Shown: piece by piece, positions 1 to 10,123 of the stretch
Numbering within the stretch: position 1 is the stretch's first letter
Layout of the letters: every line of letters begins with the position of its first letter
From: Syncephalis fuscata S228
Taxonomy: Eukaryota; Fungi; Zoopagomycota
Direction: 5' to 3'
DNA length: 64,000 nucleotides
NCBI GenBank assembly: GCA_025786725.1
Contig: JAHLTZ010000031.1
Location: 124,001-188,000, forward strand
Notes under the pieces: model-generated
What the model saw: only the letters and a program-made list of their open reading frames with translations
Told to the model about the DNA's origin: nothing
The model's database searches: none
Translations under genes and position numbers: made by a program

Positions 1-681
1 TCAAAAAGAACAATACAGATAAATGAACGCAAATACAATGAGGCAAGCAGAGCAGGCGTCCAGCTGCAAGTCAAACAAAAGAACAATGGCAATGAAATAG
101 ACGAGAAAGAGAAGAAGTAGTAGAAGTTTAGTAACAAGCACCTGACTCGCTATGTAGGTGAGCGTGTGGACGGACAAGCATGCTTGTGTTTCGACTATCT
201 ACAGTGGCAAGGCCTGCCTGTCCATGTTGGTTCCACACTTTGGCCATTCTGCAGAGAAAAAAAGGCGCAACCTGTTCTATTTCGATAGAAATAGCGATAA
301 CTAACCTGTCATACAGCAATAATAGCCATAAGGCAAATAGAACACTGCAGTAATAGTACAGCGAAATGATAATGGTAATAATCACAATTATTATAGTTAT
401 TTGTTTACACTGTTTGTGGTCAATGGTGGTACCATAAAACAAGATGATTTTGACATTTCTTAATTAGTAACATAATAGTTTATTGATCTAGTAAATCAAT
501 AGACAATCCAGGTGATGTCAAAAATACATCTAAACATAAAATGAATGTTTTAGTATTTTGCAGCCAAAAGCTGCTACGTAACTTTGTCCATCTCACTGTC
601 GATCTATTCGCGCCTATTTGTTTATCCTTATTACTATACGACAACGACAGTATCTGTCTGTGCCAATAACTCTGATCAACA

Positions 682-3068
682 ATGGCTCTTCGCATTCCAA
701 AGGCATCTGCGCCACAACTGTTTAAAGATGGCTACAAGGCAAGTGTAGACGTCATTTGATGGATCGGTTGATTGTTGATTGTTGATTGTAAGCTATGCTT
801 GCAATGCAATCTGTATGATGTCATTAATACGGATCAAATGATCAAACGCGTTTTACTTGCATATGCTATGCGGTCGTGCTGATGCTTGATGATGCGTTGT
901 ACTCTGTACTATATTGTGTTTTACAGTGAGATCTAACGATGTGTTTTTTGATCAGCTATTGCAAGGTGTTGATGAGGCAGTATTGCGCAACATTACTGCT
1001 TGTCGCGAACTGACCGAGATTACTCGAACATCTTTCGGTCCTAATGGTAAGTACAAGCAAGTAGAGAAATAAAGATAACATAAAATAATGGATCAGCGAT
1101 GACGAAACTAACCTATATCCATTGACTATATACTAGGCCGTAATAAAATGGTGATCAACTACTTGGACAAGCTATTTGTTACCAATGATGCTGCCACTAT
1201 TATTCGTGAGCTTGAAGTTGTGCATCCAGCTGCAAAGATGCTTGTTATGGCTAGCCAGCAACAAGAGTCGGAATTGGGCGATGCTACAAACTTGGTGATT
1301 GTTATTGCAGGAGAGTTGCTTAAACAAGCTGAAAATCTACTTCGTATGGGATTGCATCCAAGTGAGATTGTGCAAGGATACGAGATTGCTATCCGCAGAG
1401 CCGATGAGATTCTTCAAGGTAAGTAATAACGTTGGTAAATAGCTTATATATTAATATGTGTTTTACCAACTAATTAACTAATTAATTAATAGAATTATCG
1501 GTTGATGCCGTTACTGAGCCACATAATCGTGATCAGCTATACAAGGCAGTCAAGCCAGTTATTGCTGCTAAACAATATGGACACGAAGAACTATTGACCG
1601 ATCTTGTCGTCGATGCATCAATGACGGTGATGCCTAAGAATGCTAGTAACTTTAGCGTTGACTCAGTACGTGTGGTTAAGGTCATGGGCGCAAATGTATT
1701 CGATTCGCGTGTCATTCGTGGTATGGTTTTTAATCGTGAGCCAGAAGGTAAGACAAATGGATAAAATATAGAACAAGATAAATAAGTTACTTATTGCTGC
1801 TATTTAATTAGGTCATATTCGCAAGGTTGAAGGAGCTAAAGTAGCAGTGTTTTCATGTGCTTTGGATATTTCGCAGACGGAAACAAAAGGCACCGTTCTT
1901 ATTCATAACGCCGAGGAAATGTTGAACTTTTCTCGTGGTGAAGAAGAGTCGCTTGAGCGTGCCATTAAAGAATTGGCCGATGCTGGTGTCAAGGTTGTTG
2001 TATCGGGTAATGCCATCGGTGAATTGGCATTGCACTACTTGAATCGATTCAATATATTCTCTATTAAGGTACCTAGCAAATTCGATCTACGTCGTCTTTG
2101 CCGTGTTTGTGGCGCCACTGCTCTATCCCGTTTGGTAAGTCTTTTGTATAATTTGCTTGACAATGAGTTGTTCATACTTTGATTTACAGGGTGTTCCAAT
2201 GGCCGAGGAAATGGGCTACTGCGAGGTTGTAGAGTCATTGGAGATTGGTGGTGATCGTGTCACTGTATTCCGACAGAGTATGTGCCAAATGATTGATACA
2301 TTTATAAGATGTGCCTAATTGTGATGCTGTAGACGATGAGGCCACTAAGACTGCTACCGTTGTGTTGCGTGGTGCTACGCAGAACCAATTGGAGGATTTG
2401 GAACGTGCAGTCAACGATGGTGTTAACATTATTAAGGCTGTGACCAAAGACGGCCGACTAGTGCCTGGTGCTGGTGCTGCCGAGGCCGAACTATCAAAGC
2501 GTCTATTCGCTTTTGGAGAGGTTAGTGTTGATCACTTTGTTAGGTGTATTATGCTGATATATATATTATTTATTTATTTAGAAAACACCAGGCCTGAATC
2601 AGCATGCTATTAAAAAGTTCGCCGAAGCTTTAGAGGTTGTGCCACGTACATTAGCTGAAAATGCTGGTATGGATGTAAGTATTATTAGAATAAATAGCAT
2701 TATTTATTAATGTTATGATTATTAATTTACTGCTACTAATTACAATAGGCTACCGAGTTTTTGTCTCGCTTGCGTGCTGCACATCATCAATCAGAGAGTG
2801 GCGCTGCTGGTGTGGATATTGAAAGTGAAACACCAGATACGCTAGATGCCGTTGAACACAAGATCTTCGACGTGCTCTCCGTTAAACAATCAGCCTTACA
2901 ATTGGCCGCCAATGCTACGCTAACCATCCTTCGTGTTGATCAGGTATGGTGCCATGCTTCTATTTATGATTCTATTATTAACTGCTTTTGTTATCACAGA
3001 TTATCATGAGCAAACCGGCAGGTGGACCCAAGCCACCTAAGAATTCGCAGAATTGGGATGAAGATTAA
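682..3068 (+). CDS. CCT8: T-complex protein 1 subunit theta (chaperonin CCT8), multi-exon
   Basis: ATG 682 [19 protein letters not shown], intron 739-955, then [16 protein letters not shown]...[12 protein letters not shown] pieces carry [43 protein letters not shown] and LVPGAGAAE. Ends [25 protein letters not shown] 3066-3068. These are theta-type motifs. Confidence 0.95.
801..900 (+). ncRNA. Candidate intronic box C/D snoRNA in CCT8 intron 1
   Basis: C-like ATGATGT 815-821, D'-like ATGA 838-841, D box CTGA 879-882. Flanks GCAATGCA (801-808) and TGCGTTGT (893-900) can form an 8-bp terminal stem with G-U pairs. The host intron is 217 nt against ~60 nt typical. No guide target identified. Confidence 0.4.
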
Positions 3069-3419
3069 GTTACAGCTTGCGCGCAATAACGCCGTTCTTC
3101 ATGTTCTTTTGGTGTGAACCATGATTGACGGAAAAATAGCGAATAAAATATTCTATGAATTTCATTTCGAGTAAATTAGCATTGAGCATAAATGATTGAT
3201 TTAACAGCCAATTGTGTGCAAAGTGGCCATCATACAGCCATCTAAGCCACATCTGTGCAGCCAGCAGATACGGCAATGCTGTTGCAGTTACTTGAAAGTA
3301 CAAAATGTAAAATAAAATGAAGAAAAAGTATTAATTAGAAATCAGTAAACGTCATTAAAAATGATTATATAATTACCATATTATTTAAAGTCGATAAATT
3401 CCAAGGAATATTAGCTTCT

Positions 3420-4260
3420 TCGAAACTAATCTGATATAATACCACTCAATCGTAGACTATCAAGAATATGTTTGAAATTCAAAGCATCAGCCAAGTCACA
3501 ATTCCATAATATTGCACCCGTAAAAGTTTTATGAGCTTTCTTACAATTTGGTTTGGGCACCTACAAATAATTTAGATGTTAAAATAAAATATTTATTTTG
3601 TATTAGTCTATAAATTATAGTACCTTATAAGTGTATGACATTTTACTTTTGAATGATTTCTATATTAATACGGAAGTGGATTATCAATTATTTCAAATGT
3701 TTCTAAACTTTGAGCTTGACGAGTGGGACAGGTTTTAGAGCTGTTATACTCATCAATTAAAAACATATTGAACAACTATTTTAAAGCGTATGCTTCAAGC
3801 CAGCACCTCAAATAGGTTCTTGAAACTTTACATGACTTGCAGACTAGTTACCAAATATTAAAGTAGCATTACTATCAAACTTGGATCTAAGCTTATTGAT
3901 AAGCTTTTGGTCAGCTTGCTGTTGTCTAATTTACAAAAATAGCTTTAGTTTTCTGAACAGCCAGTTTTGTTTGATAGAATGTATATTTGTTTGATAAGAG
4001 TAATATGATGCAAGATATTGGCAGACAACAGCACGAACGGCGAGATATTCTTCAAAATTAGATAAATTAACAGACCTGGTTTGACATTGAGATAATAAAT
4101 ATCCTTTTTTTTGAACATTGGAATACTTTGCTTTCAATTCCAATTTGATTCTGCGATACTTTTTGTTCCAGGTATTAAAATGTCTTTGATTTAAGTATAT
4201 CTGTAGGCCATTGGCTCTTGAATGGTGCTGAAGTTACAGTGTGTGTATAAGCAAAATAAC
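3420..4260 (-). pseudogene. Degenerate, 5'-truncated Fanzor (eukaryotic TnpB-like RuvC nuclease) relic with one spliceosomal intron (3561-3623)
   Basis: Manual minus-strand translation: LFCLYTHCNFSTIQEPMAYRYT/NQRHFNTWNKKYRRIKLELK...NFEEYLAVRA...LFRKLKLFL*IRQQQADQKLINKLRSKFDSNATLIFGN*SASHVKFQEPI*GAGLKHTL*/MFLIDEYNSSKTCPTRQAQSLETFEIIDNPLPY*YRNHSKVKCHTLIR^CPN/CKKAHKTFTGAILWNCDLADALNFKHILDSLR. This matches the fungal Fanzor motif series GNWS, EPIRG, IDEFxTSxxCPxC (RuvC-II plus Zn finger) and WNRDLAAxLN (RuvC-III). It has multiple stops and frameshifts, and the RuvC-I DPG motif is absent. Confidence 0.85.
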
Positions 4261-4405
4261 TTTATAAAAATATAATTATTTAATCATTGAATTACATTAA
4301 CTAATTAATAAGTTGTATAATAATCCATTAGCTAATTTATTTGTAAAGACAATAATGCTAATGAAATAGTGAAATAATGCTAGGCAAAATCTATATCTAG
4401 TTTGC

Positions 4406-6323
4406 TTAACCTCTAACTATTCCATAATACGGAACAAAAACAGCACGGTCTGATGGTGGTTTATCGAATCTTGGATTAGGATCAAGTACAATATACCCGG
4501 AATATGACCATATTTCATTTTTTTGTATATTCATTGGCGTACTGATCCGTATCATAATCTCGCCTTTTTGCTTTGGCTGTAGATTAATAGATCCTGGAAA
4601 GGAAACAGCTGCAGTTACGGGTGATCTTGCCGTCATATCAATAAAATATGATACTTTTGAAGCAGCAGCAGCAGGAATGTGTGAGATTTTATACGAGAGT
4701 GCAGTGTCAAAAAGAAATGTAACTTTGATATGTAAATTCGCTGTATTGTCAAAAGTATTTTTCATATTAATTGAAGATGGTTCAACGTGAATGCGTTCAT
4801 TATCTATTAATTTGTTAAGATTAATCATGCCGGCACCTTGATATTCTACAGAAACGTAGTTATTTAGATTGCTGTGTTTGACTGGAATTGCATTGTTCTG
4901 TAGTATAGTTTTGATAGAGGTAATATCAATCGAGCTATATTGATTATGTTGAACTATCAATGCAGCTGCACCCGCAACATAGGCAACAGCAGCTGATATA
5001 TCGCTAAAATAAGGTTTGCTTATTGTTTTACGAGTGGTAGTAGTGTAGATTTTGTAACTCGGTGCCAAGATGTCAGGATAGAAAGGTGGTATAAGTGGTT
5101 CATTCTGCGGTCCAGCCGTATCGACAGTAACGCCGCCATCCTCAGTGTAGCCATACTTTTCTGCAAAAATATATTTGTATCCAAGCTTATTTCTATAGCC
5201 TTCTTTTATAAACAAAGCATCTTTTTCACTGATATCAAATAAGGGTATATCGCATTTTTGTTTTTTTTTAGAAGGACCGTTTACAATGATAAGCCCAGCC
5301 ATACCTATTGATTTAGCATACTCTAAAAAATAAGGCATTTTTGATTTGTCATACCACACAAGTGCAATGTCTTGTCTTTTAAGCCCAGTATATTCGATTA
5401 ATTTGCCCTTGATATTTTTAGGAATAATATCCGCTTCTTTGTTAAAGTTATAGCTCATGTTTGAACACGAAGAGGTAAACTCAATACACGGCCAGTTGTT
5501 TTTTCCTCAAACCATGTGATAAACGATATTCTTGTTTAAAACCACCAACGCTTAATACAGGAAGGCCTTGATATGAAAATATTGCTGATTTAAAATTATT
5601 AACTGATGCTGCAACAATCATAATCACACCATGTTTTGCAGCATCTTCTATTTCTTGTCCCAGCTGAGTGTCGTATTCATCTACAATGGCAATCTCCGGC
5701 AATACAATGATTTTCATTTGATCCTTGATTGCTGCTTTTATGGCTTGCAACACCAATGAGGTTGAAGTTGGACCTTTGCAGCCAAATACGCGATAGGAGC
5801 CAAAGGTTACCTCGGGGGCAATTCCAGTAAAATAATTGGAGTTTGCAATGACAATTCCGGTCAGCCTTTTACCGCGTTTGGTGCATTCAGATGAATCTTC
5901 AGTTTGATTATGAGCAGTAACTACAAAATTGTGTTTATACTTGAAATTCTCTTTAAACGCAATACTATTCTTATTGGCACCACTGTCAATAATTCCGAGC
6001 TTCACGCCTTTTCCTTTAAACCCCATGTTATGAAGTGCTTGAACACCAGTGGACACGTAGTAAGGTGTTACATAAACTTGTTTGCCAATGATTTTAGAGC
6101 TAATAAAAGGACGAGTGGATCTAGGTATTGTGTAAAAATCATTTTTATATGCTTTGGCACTGTCTACGGTAAAGTGTTGTGTTGAGCAAAATAACAACAA
6201 TGCGATAACCGCCAATTGCTGTGTGGTCTTGCTATCATTATTGTAATTGACTGTTGTATCGAAAATAATTGTATAATTTAATGTGTAAAGAGTGCCAATA
6301 AAAAGTAAATAAAAATGAGACAT
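4406..6323 (-). CDS. Subtilisin-like S8 family protein with degenerate catalytic His/Ser motifs; split by apparent frameshifts near 5490-5515
   Basis: ORF 5481-6323: TGVQALHNMGFKGKGVKLGIIDSG (Asp motif), KRGKRLTGIV (at the HGTHVAG position), GIAPEVTFGSYRVFGC. ORF 4406-5458: YPDILAPSYKI, FSDISAAVAYVAGAAAL (at the GTSMAxPHVAG position), SVEYQGAGMIN, Fn3-like tail YSGYIVL...VPYYG. The bridging frame reads WFEEKTTGR. Confidence 0.8.
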
Positions 6324-7815
6324 TGTATATAAAGTAAAAATATTTTGAATAAGTACCTAGTAGCTATTTTTTAACTTCAAATAAATGCCATAAACGAATG
6401 TTAGCATGTATTAGATGCCATTTTAGATTGCCAAACACTTTAACCCAAGTGTATGTCCAAAATAGTACTAATGATAGTGTGGTAGTTGAATAGAAGTTGC
6501 AGTAATTCAACCGTGATTAAATTTCAATTTTGGTAATCATCGTGCAGTTTTATATTTTTTTAGTTAACTACCTCAATTTCATAAAATTTTATATGACACT
6601 AGTTGGCCGTAATATTACACATTAGTATATATATTTGCAATTATTTTGTAGATTGAATAGCTCAAATTGAACTACAATTTAGGCTATATGTTTTGATGAC
6701 TGATACTACTTACTACACGGCTCCATTTTGATAAAACAAATCTTCAGTTCAATTGCGCAAATATCATTAAATATAGCTACTTTACACCAAATTATAACCA
6801 ATTGCTAAAAAGCTGTTTGTAAAAACAAATTGTATAATAGTGTAAAATGGCCTGTTACAATGGGAGAATAAACATATATAAATAGATTTATTTCTAATGC
6901 AATGTGAGAATGGTCCTCAAAACGATAACTGTCGTACAATGTAAGAGCGTAATACCAATACTAATAGAAACATGTATAGTGTATTCGGCATCGCGGCAAG
7001 TGGTCTACCGAAACCTTTTTATCTTTGTAATACCAAGTGATATAAAAACCAAACTGATTTGTTACAGCAACATAGTAATTGCCAATAAGCTACAAAGAGA
7101 AATAAAATGATTATTGTAACTAACGCAAAATTATTCACTACAATTATTTGTATATTTGAATAGTTTTTTACTTTCCAATAGATATTGAATGTGTTATTTT
7201 GGCACAATTCGGCTTAATCCAAACGAAATTGGTATAGCACCACATCGCCAAGTTGTACATCTTGGCAATAGTAAATCATCTTTATTTTAATATTAAAATA
7301 AATAGATAGCAGTGATAGCGCCATTTTTGTAGTAGTCAATACAGAAACGGCCATCCACTTGCCTGTTTAAAATATCTTCTTTCTGGCTTTCAAATAGTAT
7401 ACAATGTAAGATGTTGTATTGTGCGTCTATCCATTCATAAATTCAATGTCTAACCAATGATTAACAAGCAAAAAAGGACCAAACAACAGACACACGTGCA
7501 AGCAAATTGTATAAAAATACATTTGACTGAGATGGTACGTGATACGCTCATTCCGCTTGACATTTACTAAAGCTCTGCAAAAATGCGTAAGGCCTCCGCA
7601 ATCATGAGACGAGCTATAAAACGAGCGACTCAATTCGTAACTCCGCAACTGCTATTTTGGCCAACATTTGTGTATTTACTCCACGCTATTGAACAGTCTT
7701 ATCTCTTCTACCTCTTCTTCTTCTTATCCCTCTACTACTCCCGTACCAGTTACTGGCTTGTTATTAGTCTTGTTTTTATCAACTATTTGTTATTAGTAGC
7801 TATATCAGTTGCAAT

Positions 7816-9602
7816 ATGCTTTCATATTTTTCTACCAACGAGTCGCTTCGTGCCCGAGCAAAATCCATCTACCATCAGTATATACACGATTCGCCGCTAC
7901 TGAATCCATACCAGATTGATTATACGCAGGATATTCATCGTGGCATGCTAAAAGAAGCATTTGAGGGACTACCAAAGCAACTGAGCGTCTTTAATCCCGC
8001 ACAACTTTTATCAGCAATTATTGATTATTTACGCAATGGCCCAGGCCAACCTAGCTGGTCGTTAAACATGCACATTAGTGTGTTTGTACTGCGTAACCTT
8101 ACCGGTAACGGATTTGGCAATCTTAATACGCTTGAAGATGTCGCTGTTTTTCGCCAGACATTAGCCAAAGTATCTATTGTTCCAACACCTTGGCGGGCCA
8201 AACCGACGGACAAATACCTCAATGATCGCTATCGCTGTGATGCAACTCAAATGCTAGCTCAGTTAAATATTGATGTTTCGCATGTAAGACGGCTTAGCCG
8301 CACAAATGATGCCAAATTAGGTGTTGTTGATACAACACTCGAGCCACTACATGGCGAATGGATTGATTGGGTTGAAAACGATGAAAACAGTGAGAGAAAA
8401 ACAAATGATCGTAACTATTATCATGATGGCCATATGGCCGAATCAAAGCCAGGTGTAATTCTACACTTGCACGGCGGTGCGATGATTATTGGCTCGTCTG
8501 TATCGCATCGACCTTTGGCGTGGCGAATGGCACGGGACACCGGATGCCGTGTTTTCTGTAAGTAAATAATATTATCAAGCAATAGCAATGTATAAATACA
8601 ACTATAATGTATAATTATTTAGTGCCTAATTATCGTCTTGCTCCCGAAGACGCATATCCGTCTGGCCTTATCGACTCACTTGCTACTTATCTATGGCTTA
8701 TCGATGATGGTCCAAATGGTGCAGGCTATAGTCCGGAACAAGTAGTGATTGGCGGCGATAGTGCTGGTAAGTAATTAGTGATAAAATATTATAACCAACA
8801 ACAGTAACTAATAATATTTATTTAGGTGGATGTAAGTAACTTTCTAACACCGTCTACAATTAATTTCAATTCGTTTATACTAATATTTTTACAGGCTTGG
8901 CTATCTCTCTACTATATGTACTTCGTGACAGTTTATTGAAACAACCAGCTGGTGCTTATCTTTGGAGTCCATGGGTAAGTACAATTACTCAGCTATCGTT
9001 TATAAAATTGTATTAAGCTAAAACTAAATATATTTTTTATTAATAGGTGGACATTACTCATTCTTCTAAAAGTTGGATTACAAATGGCCAAAGCGACTAC
9101 TTACCAAATCCACGTACGACAAAGACATGGCGTGCAGATGATCCCGATGGACGAGAACATTTCTATGTACACAAGCGTAGTCTCATGCACTCACCTTATG
9201 TCAGTCCTTTATTTGGAGATGCTGATCGTCTTGCACCTATACTTGTGGTAGGTCGAAATACAGCATAAATGAACCTGTCGATTTTAACTAACTACGATTG
9301 GGAATGAATAGCAAACGGGCGCAGGTGAGCGATTGATCGATGAGTGTTTAGAATATGGTCGAAAAGTGAATACAGCAAATTTAAAAAGTGGTACACCGAC
9401 CCGGCTTGAAATCTACGAGGAAATGCCGCACGTTTGGCAGTTGTTTAGTTTTCTGCCATCGGCTAAGGAAGCAATACGACGTACTGCACTTTTCGTTATT
9501 GATGCCCAACAACGTGCCATCAACAACAACAGCCCCATCAAGATGAAGGGCTGGTGCGTGCAAGTAGATAGTAATGGTCAAGCAAAAACGATTTCGTGGT
9601 AA
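7816..9602 (+). CDS. Alpha/beta hydrolase, hormone-sensitive lipase/esterase (GDxG) family, 6 exons
   Basis: VILHLHGGAMIIGS, NYRLAPEDAYP, GGDSAG-GC-LA (through the 6-nt exon 8826-8831), LWSPWVD, YVSPLFG, EEMPHVWQ. Canonical GT-AG introns; stop TAA 9600-9602. Confidence 0.9.
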
Positions 9603-10123
9603 GCGATGCGTTATTGTGTGGCGATTAGGACCAATATAAAGTATAATGGAATATTGGTTTTTATTTGAATCAACGTGTAAATGAATGATTAATATTTATA
9701 GACAATGTTTAAATAGCCAAAAGAAACTTAATTCTATTTTACAATATTACAACTACAGTAATAAGTATACTATTGAATTATGTGATTGTAAAAGTAATAG
9801 ACATAAACAGTCCAGCATTTAACTCATTGGTTGGCCACATGAAAAAAAGAAATAGAACGGCATTAATGTTCTATCTTTAACAATTATACACTACCTATAT
9901 ATTATATTAACATAAATACTGGCATATTTATTACTCAATAAATAGTTGTTATTTGAGAACTGTTGTAATAATTAACTGAAAGAAAACCAGTTATATTTTA
10001 TTTTTATTAAGTTAGCATTTATTAAATGAATAATATTTGAAAAATCAAGTAATAAATAATCAATCAATTACTGCACTAGAAATTTCTATAACGTGCTATG
10101 TAAATTGATTTTTATTACCTAGT

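Noticed and set aside
3660-3935. Stop-codon reassignment or readthrough as an explanation for the Fanzor stops
   Set aside because: All three stop types occur alongside frameshifts, and neighbouring genes end normally at TAA/TAG; ordinary decay is simpler.
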